Source: Eledone cirrhosa (taxonomy: Eukaryota). Taken from it: a stretch of 64,000 bases of DNA. Under the pieces are notes generated by a model that was given only the letters and a program-made list of their open reading frames with translations, made no database searches and was not told where the DNA came from. Numbering within the stretch: the first letter of the stretch is position 1; every line of letters begins with the position of its first letter. Positions 1-13,350 of the stretch are shown one piece after another. A program made the translations under genes and the position numbers. The stretch spans positions 209,126,001-209,190,000 of the forward strand of contig OZ024742.1 of NCBI GenBank assembly GCA_964016885.1, written 5' to 3'.

Positions 1-1339
1 TCTTCGTGATGGCTAGAAATTTATTGATTTTGTCTTTAACATAACCTATACGTTTATTACATTTTAGTCCAGTAAATTTCTTTCCAGGCAAAGACACGTA
101 GTACCAAATGTTGCGTTTTACTTCCATTACAGCAAATATCACAAATGCACGTTTATTGTCTTTCACTAAGCAGTGAAAGAATTTACCGTACTGGAGAAAC
201 TAAGTGGTATCTATGCAGCAAATGATGTCATCTGCTGTTCGTGTAGCAACATGAAAACCATCGCTGCTAAACTTGCATTTACATCTGTAAAGACAAAGAA
301 AAGGCTTTAACCATGAACATTTTTCATAATTCTTTACACAAGTTTTGGGGTTTTCATTGCTACAATTAAACATGAATTTGTGGTTACTGCAAATACGATA
401 GTTCCTCGCCTCAAAGTGTGTGTTAAGGTAAGTAGCCATGACGGATTCACATATTTGAAAATATACATTAAACATATATCTATTCACGTATGTAGATATA
501 CATGAGGCCATAAATATCTATGAATGATGTCTCATGGGTGGATTCAGATAACTAGTTAATAATATAAATATACGTCTATTTACACTCACATCTCTCCTAC
601 CTATTTCTTTATATATATATATAAATGTATTATAGGTATGCTTGTTAGCGTAGAAGACATAACTCCATGCTTTATGAATGTTATAAGAATAAATGTTTAT
701 TTCTTATCTCCAATAAAAGATGTGTATTCACTCGGAAAATAAAGCGACAACTACTTATAAAGATATTTAGCACACACACACTACACACGCACACAAACAC
801 ACAAATACACACACGCCCCCCACACACACGCACATACATACATGCATGAGGCGTCAGAAAAAGCAACCGTTAAATTGTGAACATAAAATGAAAAGCTAAG
901 GGAATTCCAATGATTAAAAAAATGAGAATAAGTCAAAAATGTAAAACTACAAAATCCCACGTATAAAACAAGAAAATATAAGAAATCAGAAGCCATATAT
1001 TCATTGTACATAATAGTAATACTACTACGACAGCTTTTCAGAAAGTCGCAGTGAAACTTCATGCATACTAGAAAGGAAAAAAACTATTATCTGGTGAGAA
1101 GTAATCTTAAGAAGTGCTAACTTTTTATTAATGCCCTAACGCCTTACAGAAGGATATATTGAGATCCACCCAGGTGTGAAGGAAAATTAAACTGGATTTC
1201 TTTTTTCTCTCTTTTATTTCTTTGCGTCTTACATCATTTCAACTGACAAAAGGACTTGACCCTTAGCTATAGGCACGCACGAATACCACGCCATTCACAT
1301 TCTCTAGTAGGTTAACACACACACACAGATATATATATA

Positions 1340-1531
1340 CCTATAATAATATAAAGCTGAGTGTCGTGTGTATGTATTATGTATGTATCCTACACACTTC
1401 CCTATAGTTATTTAGCTTTACTCTCTCCGTCGCTCTTCCCTCTCTATAATAGATCATTCCCCCTCTCTGTAATTTAACTGCTTTACTCTCTCTGTCGCTC
1501 TTCACTCTCAAATATTATAAAGTTGAGCGTC

Positions 1532-1611
<80 letters not shown>

Positions 1612-2039
1612 ACCCTCTCTATAATTTAACTGCTTTACTCTCTGTCCCTTTTCACTCTCTATATGACACACTATTTTACTTTCCGTATCTACCTTCAATA
1701 AAATTATAAAGCTGAGCGTCGTGTGTATATATTATGTATGTATCCTACACACATCCCTATAGTTTCTTAGCTTTACTCTCTCCGTCGGTCTTCCCTCTCT
1801 CTATAATAGATCATTCACCCTCTCTATAATTTAACTGCTTTACTCTCTCTGTCGCTCTTCACTCGGTCACTCTTCCCTCTCTCTATAATCACACACATAT
1901 CTACAGAGAGAGACAGAAAAACAGAGGGAGGGGAAATGAGAAAGATAGGCCGTTAGACAGAGAGATACAATTAAAGTGTTAGTTATTCAAGGAGAGAGAG
2001 AGAGAGACAGAGGGGGACCAGGTAGGTCGTCGCTTGCAT

Positions 2040-2112
<73 letters not shown>

Positions 2113-2723
2113 AAATACACATAATTTCACATCTGATTTCGCCAATTTCCGGATAACATCAAACAAAACACACAGACACACACATGCACATATACACATA
2201 CACGCATACACAAACATACACACACACACACATATATACTTATAAAGCTGACGGTCGTATATATGTACGTATGTATGTAAGATCATTCCCCCCTCTCTAT
2301 AATTTAACTGCTTTACTCTCCTCTGTCCCTTTTTCACTCTCTAAATGACAACACTATTTTACTTTCCGTATCTACCTTCAATAAAATTATAAAGCTGAGC
2401 GTCGTGTGTATATATTATGTATGTATCCTACACACCTCCCTATAGTTTCTTAGCTTTACTCACTCCGTCGGTCTTCCCTCTCTCTATAATAGATCATTCA
2501 CCCTCTCTATTATTTAACTGATTTACTCTCTCTGTCGCTCTTCACTCCATCACTCTTCCCTCTCTCTATAATCACACACATATCTACAGAGAGAGACAGA
2601 AAAACAGAGGGAGGGGAAATGAGAAAGATAGGCCGTTAGACAGAGAGATACAATTAAAGTGTTAGTTATTCAAGGAGAGAGAGAGATAGAGGGGGACCAG
2701 GTAGGTCGTCGCTCGCATAAGTA

Positions 2724-2776
<53 letters not shown>

Positions 2777-3191
2777 TACACTTAATTTCACATTCTGATT
2801 TCGCCAATTGTCGGATAACATCAAAACAAAACACACAGACACACACATGCACATACACACATACACATACACGCATACACAAAATACACACACACATATA
2901 TATACTTATAAAGCTGACGGTCGTATATATGTACGTATGTATGTAAGATCATTCCCCTCTCTCTAATTTAACTGCTTTACTCTCTCTGTCGCTCTTCACT
3001 CTATATATGACAACAATGTTTAGTTTCCGTATCTCCCTCAATATTACAGGGATGAGAGAGTAAAAGAGACATTTAGAGAAAGATTAGGAAAACTATACAC
3101 ACACAGATCTAACGAGAGAGACAGAAAAACAGAGGGAGGGGAGAGAAGAGATAGGCCGTTAGACAGAGGAGATACAATTAAAGTGTTAGTT

Positions 3192-3229
<38 letters not shown>

Positions 3230-3739
3230 GCAGATAGAGGGGTACCAGCAAGTGACCGTTTCGAATGACATTAAATCAAGTATCGGCATTAAAATAATTT
3301 TCAATAAAAAATGTGTATGATCAAATGTAGCGGTGATTGAAAATACGTTCATTTCTGTGGTATATCTTTCATCTGTCGTCGCTCGCATAGTATCCACACA
3401 CACACACATACACATACACACACACACACATACTTTCACTCCTGATTTCACAAATACCGGATAACATCAAAACAAAACACACATACACACATACACAAAC
3501 ACACATACACAAACACACACACCATATCTATACTTATAAAGCTGACTGTCGTATATATGTATGTATGTATATTAACAACACAGCTTAACTCTTTCTTTTA
3601 AACTCATTTCTACGGTAGCTCCTACCCTTTGCTACGAAGTCGGAAGGACAATGTGACACGGGAGGGTGTGTAGTATCTTTGCAGTGGAGTGGTGGGCGCA
3701 GGTATACCTAGCCGGCCGCCAGCTGGACGGGACAGCTAG
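1340..3739 (+). mobile_element. Non-autonomous Helitron with internally tandem-repeated 5' region
   Basis: 5' end resembles a Helitron start (ctataataatataaagctgag, but with CC where TC is expected). 3' end has a GC-rich imperfect hairpin (ccggccgccagctggacggg) then CTAG at 3736-3739 followed by T. No ORF. Confidence 0.65.
1580..3570 (+). repeat. ~670-680 bp tandem repeat, about 3 copies, containing (CA)n and (GA)n tracts
   Basis: accttcaataaaattataaagctgagcgtcg at 1691 and 2374; gatcattccc at 2281 and 2947; gataggccgttagacagag near 1944, 2627 and 3150. Confidence 0.9.
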
Positions 3740-3976
3740 TATATATATATATGTGTTGTAAACTTTGATATTTCCGTTTACGTATTTCACATACACGCAC
3801 AGTATATATATATGTGTGTGTGTGTGTGTCTGTGTGTTTGTGTGTGTGTATGTGTGTGTATGTGTGTATGTGTGTATGTGTGTATGTGTGTCTGTGTGTA
3901 TGTGTATGTGTGTGTGGGCAAAACGTGAACGGAAATATCAAAGTAACAAGACAGTACAAGGAAGAAATATATTATA

Positions 3977-5897
3977 CAATAGTGTATCCTGGCGTTGCAC
4001 GGGTAAGAACATTGGCAATAGCACCTCCAATGAGAAACGTTTATTTGTGAGTGCCTGTTGAAAACTCACGAAAATATACCGACAGGAAACTTGTTTTATT
4101 TGGAGAAAATTAAGAAGTTGAAAGTACAGTTTAGCTGGCTACGTGCATTGTTCATAGAAATATTGTTGAGCCCCTTCTTTTCATACTTTTGGCCTTTTGG
4201 AGTAAATGTGAAAGAGAAAGTCACAGGTTTAGTTGGCAGAAGATTCCAGTAAGGCGTAGGCTACTTACCTCAAAGGTTCATTCGCACACCCTCCACTAAG
4301 TTACTCTTTCTCTCTATCCCTCTCGGTGCAGTCCCTTGCGAATTTCTCGCGTAGGCCTGGTGTAGATTTGCACCCGATCCATCTGCCCCATGCACATGTG
4401 CGCTTTGTACGGCTTTTGGAGGAAGGAGTGACCAGCAGTACGTTGTTCGGTATTATTACGAAAAGGTGTAGCAGAGAATCCTGCGTGAACTAATAGCTCG
4501 GGAGGAAACTGCTTACATCGAAGATTCATTTGCCATCGTTCTTGCCAATGCTCCGTTTAGTTGGTATTTGTTGGTCTACAAAGGGTTAATGTTTATTGGC
4601 AAGAAGTGCAACTAGGCTGGCTTGCCTCGCTTATATTATATCTTAAAATAACAGATTAAAGTTTAAACAAAGAATCGCTGCTTTCACCCTTAACGGGATC
4701 TTCTGAAATAAAAAGTATCAATCTGTGAATGTAGAAGTAAATATTTCGAAAAACGTTACAACCGAAGGAAAATAAGAAGACGATACTTTGGTTCGTGAAG
4801 ACGTTCCCTGGCAATGAACGGAAAATAGCGAACATAACACGTCATCAATGTTTGTCAGAATGTCGTAATGCAGGCAGCCAGGCATACAGACAGATATTAT
4901 AAGGGCGCAAATGTGTGAAAAATGAGCGCTGAAACGTAACCGAGCTGGCCTCTGCAAGTATATTGAAGTGTGAGTGAGCATGTGCAAGGAGGTATGTAAA
5001 TATGTATGCAACATTCTGCGTTCACATACGTACTCACACACGCATAAACAGTCACAACGGGGTGTAAAGAAAAGGTCCGATAGTGAGTACGGTGGTACCC
5101 TTGTCTAATTTCGTGGTATGGCCGTAATGAAACTGCTTGGCTGCGGGTATGACTATATGGCGGTACAACTGCCAACAGCTGAACTACCAAGTGTGGAGTT
5201 AGTGCGTATGGGGAGGTGGTATATCCAACATCTGGCAGTGTTAGGAGAGCTGGAGTAAATTTTTGGAAACGTTCAACACCGACGGCGCGACATCTCTGGC
5301 ATAAGGTGCCACCTAATCACAAATGGAAGGCGGATATTGGTGGGCGGTCGCTGGGTGAGAAGGCTGTGATGTGGTCTGTTTCATGGGTGCCAGTAAGAGC
5401 AGCTTGGATCAAACTAGAATGATATCCACTCTGGATGAAGCAAAAATTGATGATGGAACTAAGTCCCGAAGTCATGATCCTAGCTGCAGAGTCGACGAAG
5501 AATTGAGAGTTTGGTGTAGGTAAGATGGCAGGAGGTGAAGTCGAAGTAGGTGCGGAAGCCATTGGATTCATAGAAGCTGGAAATAGAGCGGGTGTACTGA
5601 GTGAGCTCGTTAGAGGGAGATGACGAGAAATTGGACGGAAGAATCGGATGAATTGGTGAAGATGAGGGTAGGAGAGAAACACTGGACGATGGAAAGAATG
5701 GAGTCGAGCTGTTAAAGGTAGAGAGTTGACGGTGACACAATTGTAGATATAACGGCACACACACACACACAAACACACGCACACGCACACACACACATAC
5801 AAACTCGTGCACATAAAATACAGACACATACATACGCAGATCTGATTTCTAAAGAGACACGATGCTTATCTCCCTTTTTCTAATTATTTAATATTAG
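3977..5897 (-). mobile_element. Possible degenerate minus-strand non-autonomous Helitron with nested insertions
   Basis: Reverse complement near 3977-4003 reads cccgtgcaacgccagg-ataca-ctat (hairpin plus CTAG-like end). Putative 5' end near 5897 is imperfect. Confidence 0.3.
4644..4840 (-). mobile_element. PLE family A terminal repeat (pLTR) fragment with CAGAAGA-core HHR motif
   Basis: Closely similar to 39836-40020 and to the reverse complement of 41570-41757, which flank a GIY-YIG ORF. Confidence 0.8.
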
Positions 5898-6319
5898 TCC
5901 CGTTCTGATCTACACTTTCAAAGGTGGCTCATAATATTTTATCTATAAATCTGTTTAATACTGTGTTAAATGATTTGTCCAAAATACCAGTAAAGCGTGG
6001 GAGGACTTTCGATTTTGGTAATATTGTCGTACATAGAAAAATATTTAGTGAATCCGGGAAGATATATGCAAGAGACTATCCATTTCAAGCAGTATATTGC
6101 AGCTGTAGATAAGGTTTTTGTGATGCGCTGATCAAGTTAAATAAATCTACTGCATTTAACAGGGTTATCCATCTTTGTCACGTGGCTCCGCGGTGCGCAG
6201 CATATTTTAGTGATGGCATTAGAACTTAGATATCTGCATTATATACTGACTTATAGAAACGTTTATCCTCGTATTTAGTGCTCTTCTCACTGATCCTTGC
6301 ATTGTTGAAAGAAAAAGCA

Positions 6320-6460
6320 CCTTCATTAGTGGATAAAGTATTGGATTCACAATCATGAGTTTGCGAGTTCGATTCCTCAACCGGGCGATGTAATATGTCC
6401 ATGAAGAAAACATTTCCTTTCACGGTGCTCATTCTGACAGGAGTTGCTACCGGTAGATAA
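6320..6460 (+). mobile_element. Degenerate tRNA-derived CORE-type SINE
   Basis: B box gagttcgattcc. Body similar to 47677-47860. Confidence 0.6.
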
Positions 6461-6923
6461 TATCAGCATTTGAAAAGATCAATTGAAACTTTGTTCCTTG
6501 ATCTGATTTGATGAGTTATACCCCACTCGATAAGCGAATGAGGACGAGGATTGATAGAGAAAGAAAAGAGATATTTACTGAATATCCCTTTATCTTGAAC
6601 TCCATTCGTTGTATTTTTATAGCCGTTAACATATAATAGCAGAATGGATACATTGATGGGTCATCCTTTAAATAATTCCGAGAAAGGATGATACTATAAC
6701 AAAAAACATTTGTGTAACGCATTTCCGCGTATTCTTCGAAATATGCGAATACAAAACTAACATTCTGAATATATTACGAAACTGCGAATTCATTTGAAAA
6801 GAAATCTTGCTCTCTGTTAGACTACATTTTTCTATACATTTTTGTGTTTGCAGACCCTGCTATGGGAATAAATAGTCGCCGGTGGTATTAGTAGTAAAGA
6901 CGGTTGGAATGAAGGGCACAGGA

Positions 6924-7023
<100 letters not shown>

Positions 7024-8342
7024 GTGTGTGTGCGTGTGTGTGAATGTATATATATATATATATATGCAAATATATATATACATATGCAAATATATATATA
7101 TATACGTATATATACATACATATATATATATATGTGTGTGTGTCTGTGTGTGGATGTGGATGTGTGTGGTTGTGTGTGTGTGTTTGTATGCGTGTCTAAA
7201 TATATTTATCTCTGTAAATCAACAATTATTTAGGAATTTATACAGCAGTTAACCTTTTAATGTTACACGGATAACCTTGCCACCCTAATTTCTTAATGTC
7301 AGCTTAAATAAAACACGCACGTACATGCACACATGTACACAACACACACCACATATCACACACACATGCACACGCCCCTCCCCATATATATATACACTCG
7401 TTCTTATCCTAAGCTAAGCATATTTTCAGATTCACTTTGTATCTTCCACTCCCTTAGATCTAGCTTCCAGCATCCACAAGTAAATTATTGAGCATTTCTA
7501 TTGCGTTTGGCATTCGTTTATCTATGCAATTCTATCCGAAATGCGCAGAAGATATTTTAATATATCTCACGTCACTAACACTAACTGTACGCATCACTTA
7601 AAACTGTGTAGGTCAAAATTGTGGGCTCTTAATATTCTTAGAAAGTAGAAGATAACATTTCAACAGAACGAGTTCACAGTGTAGCTACATATATTAACTT
7701 GATTCATTTGAGGAAGAAATGAATTTCAAAATATGTAATATATATATAATGTGCAGAGTGATATCAGGCTAAACAATGTAAAATAAACGGTAAGATGAAG
7801 GTAACGGAAAAGTAAGTTACCTGGTAATCTTTATTGTTTTTTTGTTTGTTTGTTTACTGTTTTTTTTTCTTCTTTTTTTGTTGTTGTTTCTTTCGTCTTA
7901 ATATTTCTTCTGCAGAGTATAAGGAACGAACACTCAGAGAAAAATATAATATATTATTTACTCCTTAGTAAATGTATACGTATGTAAATACATATCATCA
8001 TGAAGCTTCAGGAAATTGGTTCCCTAAGGCTAATCTGTGCGCTAAATAAGATTGTATACGCTTCTAATCTATAGTCGGTGAATTCAGCCGACTCTTTGTG
8101 TTCACTCGGATATCTAATGACTATATTGTTTTATTGTTTTCCTGGTGTCTATCATAGGGATATAGCAATGACGAAGAAACGCCTTCGAGTGTTTCAATTA
8201 ATCATATCAATCCCCCCAGTATATATTTTCAGTTAGGTATTTAATATTTTGGTCTGTATTTTCGAAATTTCTCTTATGCTTGTGGAGATCTGCATGTGTC
8301 TGTGTTAGTATGTATATAATATATATATATATATATGTGTAG

Positions 8343-8391
<49 letters not shown>

Positions 8392-11252
8392 CGAGTGAAG
8401 TTTAACTGCTATCTCTAGTAGGTTTTCTGATTTCGTTGAGCTCTCATTGTTGACCCACTTTCTTTTTATCATGTTTAGTATTTTGTAATGTCAGATTCCA
8501 ATAAAAAATATATGGTCTTATTCTTTTGTTAGAGGCCATTACAATAGTACTAGCAGAAAGGGTTGTTTTCTGCTTGCATGTGTATTGTGCATGTTGATAT
8601 TATCTGCAATTTAAACGTTATGATATAACGATGCAAATATATGAACGTTTATATAAGCGATATAATATAACGCCTGTTATATCATAACCAGAAGTATTGA
8701 CATTTGAAAATGTTTAAAGAAGTGAATCTTAAAATAAGCAATCATTATATATAAGAATATTTCTGTTTAATAAAAAGCTACGAAATTTCGTACATAAATT
8801 ATGTAATATGCATTCATTATTTAAAGTACCAGTAATGTACTGGTTAATTGCTGGCCTTGTGCCTAAAGTAGAAACAATTATTTATTCAAAGTAATCCCAC
8901 TCATTTTACTAACGGGATAAAAAATATATTCAGGACACAATCCCGCACTCCTCCCTTTATTATATTGTGATTCTGCTTGTCACATCGTTTGCGTGTTACG
9001 TTCTAAAGAACTTCATATACGGAATATAAATGAAGAAATAATCGAAATATCTAACACAATAAAAGAGGTTTCGGTTGTTACGATTTATACAGTTGTGACT
9101 CTAAGAGGAAATCGAAGACTATGATATCTTTCACATAATGTAACAATGTTATACAGATCTAGACATTTTTGCAGCAAAATAAAATTAAGATAAATTATAA
9201 AGCATGGGATTTCCACAGATTTTGATAGTGATATATCCCAATGTATGTATTAAAGCGTCAGAATAGATAAGTTACAGCCTTTAATTATCTTTTACTTTTT
9301 GAATTCAAATTCAGCTGCGATGGACCCTAACTTAGCGATGTATCATTCCAATGTCGACAACATAAATAAGAATCAAGTACTGAGGTCGATTTTGTTGCCT
9401 GCTGCTTCTTGCATGTTTTATACCATTTTACCTATTATAAAAATCATTATTATAACATGACCCGGTATGCCCCCTCGTTTGGCTGAACGGTATTTAATTG
9501 TGACGCTTAATGTTCGAATAGCACCGAAGTCGCTTTGCCTTTTATACGTCTGAGGTCGATAAAATAAAATATCAGTCAAATACTGGGATGGATATTGCAA
9601 AACTTGCCGGTCTTTGGTCTGAATTAGAAACCTTTGTTATGTCATATTCCTGTTTTATTTTTTTTTTATTTGTTTAGCTATTAAGATATTAAGGACCAAT
9701 GTAATTCCATGGTATTTTATTGTAGCGAATATTGCTATATTCTCATTTCAAAAGAAATAAAATTAGGAATCAGAAACAATTACAAATAGATAAAGAGATA
9801 GAGAGCGGGTGAGAAAAAATAGAAAGGAGAGAAAAAGAGAAAGAATGAGAGAAGCTTTCACCATTTTCTCCATAAATTACAATCAATTAAAGAAATAGTT
9901 AACATTAGAAATATTTTAAAGGCCATTAAATACTAATTACTTGCAGAAAATAGATACAAAGAGAAATAAAATGAAAGAAAGTTTATAAAGATCAAAATAC
10001 GAAAGAAATATATTAATCTGAAATTGCAGGAGGTTTTAAACATTTAGAATAATTACATTTATAACGTTTATAAAATAATGTGGAAGCCTCCGTAAAATCA
10101 AGAGATAACCATTAGCAGGTTGACACAGTGAAACAGTTCCAATAAGTGATTGGGTTCATATTCTTTCGAATATATTTGAAATAATAAATGCATGATAGAT
10201 CAATGCTTAGATAGATCAATGATAGATCAATGCTTTCTATTGCCAGTTCAATTGAAATTAAAAATTGGCTCACAAAATCGGTAAAAAATAACATTTGAGA
10301 GAACGAGAGAGTCTGTATGTGATCCTTCAAACTGCTTGATATATCATTAAAATATCTCATAAATTATTTCTAGCGTATTCGAAAATGTGGCCCTGATTTT
10401 TCTGTACATAGGAAAAGATGGATGCTCGTAGATGAAATGCATTTGATTGTAAAGATATTCAATTAGAGTTGATATGAGGATAAGAAATAACAACAGTAGC
10501 CTACAATTTGGACAAGTTTTTCGTAGATGCACATGCAACGGAAACGCTCAACTAACTTAATATTTGCCGCTTCAGACCTTTACTAGGTTTGTTGGATTCA
10601 ACCGTTTCAAGTTGATAATTCAGCAGTTGGACAAATGCAAAATTGTAATTTATCATGTTGTTCCAAAACTCTTCATTGATTTAAAAGTAAAGATGGAAAT
10701 GTCAAAAACTAGAAATAAAAACTGAGATTATACCTACATGACTTGCCAAATTGTAGTGCAATGACTTATTGAAAGTAAAATTAATGTCGCATCAATCATA
10801 ATACGTGATGTTAAAATTGTTTGTAGGCCATGGCAGTATGCAAACATTCAATGCTTAATCTATTTAAATAACTATTTCCTATATTACTCGCCATATGTCA
10901 TGGTTTAGTCAGTAGAGAAGGAATAATATCCATGCCATTTTTCAGGGTGGCTCAGACTACTAGTAAAAATGGAGGAAGTTATCTTTGGACATTAAATCTC
11001 GTCAAAAATGTCTGCTATGGAATGCTCATTACTTAACGCACTCGAGGTGCATATAGAGCTGTTAAACATTATAAGATGCTGTGGCACTTTAATATAATAT
11101 TCCCTGCTATATATTTAACTTTTGTGAGATCGTGTTGCTCTCTGATTAAAGTATTCGTGAGTGTAGATATAGTAATGCGTTACTTCCCGATGTTTGAGCT
11201 CTTTCCAATATATATATATCATACACGCACACATACATACATTTATCAAAAT

Positions 11253-11319
<67 letters not shown>

Positions 11320-11889
11320 TTGCGAGGTTTTTTATATGAAATCGTGTGTCGAAACAAATATTGTTATACTTGGGGAGGGTCATATTTGTGTAATATTGCC
11401 AGAATTAATAACAGAACACACTCACTGTTTGGTTGGTTTTCGCTTCTCGCTGTCTTTTATATCGGTAATCTAACTTACTCGGTCCTCAATGTTGCCATTG
11501 ACTGACCGACGGTCAAAAAATAATACAGATACAATATAGACACAAACACATATATATAGTTTATCATAAATCTTTCGTTGCACATCTGCAACATCGTCAG
11601 TGGTGTTATTTTCCTCCTGTTGTGTTGTATGTCTACGCCATTTTTATTCAGTCTGTCTATATATTTATTTATTTATTTGCTTGTTTGTTTATTTTATTTT
11701 GTTTTCTTTGCGCATGCGTTTGCGTGTGTGTATAGTGTTATGTTTGTTGTGTGATGGGTGACTAGTGTGTGTTTATGTGCTTGTTGTTATTGTGCTTGTG
11801 TATGTATTTATTTATTTATTTATTTATCTTAATTTATTTACTTATTTATACTTCTCTTAGGTCAGTGTTGTTTGTTTGGGTGATGTTGT

Positions 11890-12108
11890 TATTCCATTCA
11901 TTCTTTCTGTTTAGCTTTGGTCTTCTAATTTCTATTTCACTGGCCTCTCTGATTTGCCTATCTGCTGGGTCATTTCTATGTTTAGATATTATTCTAATTT
12001 CTATGTTGTCTATGTTACCGTCATGTTGTTGTCTAGCATGTTCGTATAGTACTGACCCGTTTTTTCGTCCTTTTAGTTCCCCCAGTGTTGGTCTATCCTT
12101 TCACCTAT
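11890..12108 (-). pseudogene. C-terminal fragment of a PLE GIY-YIG endonuclease
   Basis: Hand translation, with one apparent frame change after the first block: IGERIDQHW / GSVLYEHARQQHDGN...DPADRQIREASEIEIRRPKLNRKNEW. Matches the R..EH, R.I.EA..I and P.LN motifs. Confidence 0.75.
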
Positions 12109-12395
12109 AACAACAACACCCAAACAAACAACACTGACCTAAGAGAAGTATAAATAAGTAAATAAAATAAGATAAATAAATAAATAAATACATACATACA
12201 CAAGCACAATAACAACAAGCACATAAACACACACTAGTCACCCATCAGACAACAAACATAACACTATACACACACGCAAACGCATGCGCAAAGAAAACAA
12301 AATAAAATAAACAAACAAGCAAATAAATAAATAAATATATACACAGACTGAATAAAAATGGCGTAGACATACAACACAACAGGAGGAAAATATAA

Positions 12396-12445
12396 CACCA
12401 CTGACGATGTTGCAGATGTGCAACGAAAGATTTATGATAAACTAT
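12396..12445 (+). ncRNA. Type I hammerhead ribozyme motif (mirror copy on minus strand at ~11557-11605)
   Basis: CTGACGA(12401)-t-gttgca-gatg-tgcaac-GAAA-g(a)tttat-g-ataaa-c-TA. Stem II is perfect, stem I is weak. Confidence 0.65.
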
Positions 12446-12923
12446 ATATATGTGTTTGTGTCTATATTGTATCTGTATTATTTTTTGACCGTCGGTCAGT
12501 CAATGGCAACATTGAGGACCGAGTAAGTTAGATTACCGATATAAAAGACAGCGAGAAGCGAAAACCAACCAAACAGTGAGTGTGTTCTGTTATTAATTCT
12601 GGCAATATTACACAAATATTACCCTCCCCAAGTATAACAATATATATATATATATATATATAAAAGAATAGACGTGTAACACACGAGTTATGATATATTG
12701 GTAAAAGGAAAAAAAAATGCTGACAAATTGTTCCCAGTGAAAAATAGTTTAATTAGGAATAAGTAAAAATTAGTAATAGTATTGGTTAGTATTCAGTTTT
12801 GGTTTTAAGTTTTTACCGGTTGCGCATTTCTAATGCTTTTCAAAAATAATTTTGAGATAGAGCGCCCGTGATGTTTGCTCTAATCTGATTAGTTTTGGAA
12901 TTATAAATATCTTTAAGTCGTTT

Positions 12924-13350
12924 TAGGAGTTGGTGGATGTCAGTGGTGGTGAGCCCGAAGCAGTGTAAGTCGGTGGATTGGACGCATTCCATCAGTATAT
13001 TGACGGCCGGGAGTGCCGGGACCGAGGTGTAGAGAGCGACTACATCAAGGCTGAAGGCATATCTGTTATTCCTTCTAGTGTCGGGATCCATTTGATGCAG
13101 GCGCTTCAACACCTCCTCGGAGCTGTTAACGTGTCCCGGCAAGGTGTCTAAGAAGGGTTTGAGTATTCTGGCTAGGAGCCATGAAATTTTGTAGAGTGGT
13201 CCCTCCACGCTCGATACGATGGGCCTGATCTTCAGGTCGGGTCCCTGTTTGTGTGTTTTCACGAGGTGGTAGAAAGCGGGTAGTCTGCTGTTCCTCGTGA
13301 GGAGGTTGTATCTCAGCTTCTTCGGGAGCTTCCGCCGGTCGCAGATGTTG
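12924..13350 (-). CDS. Inverted N-terminal part of the PLE reverse transcriptase
   Basis: FYHLVKTHK, RPIVS, FSLDVVALYTSVP. Ends in DLHCFGLTTTDIHQLL, the same peptide that starts the plus-strand part. Confidence 0.9.

Larger units (their letters stand above)
11335..12642. mobile_element. Fold-back PLE remnant: minus-strand GIY-YIG 3' end plus 3' UTR, with an inverted ~530 bp copy of the UTR
   Basis: ~11359-11892 is the near-perfect reverse complement of ~12108-12642. Both sides lie next to (TA)n. One HHR core per arm. Confidence 0.85.

Noticed and set aside
88-433. Possible host exon (tttctttccag acceptor at ~87, aag|gtaagt donor at ~428)
   Set aside because: All frames I read contain stops and no protein similarity is recognisable. 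A UTR or non-coding exon cannot be excluded without RNA data.
4314-4560. Minus-strand WQERW...GHSFL peptide suggesting a LINE C-terminus
   Set aside because: Too short and degenerate to assign.
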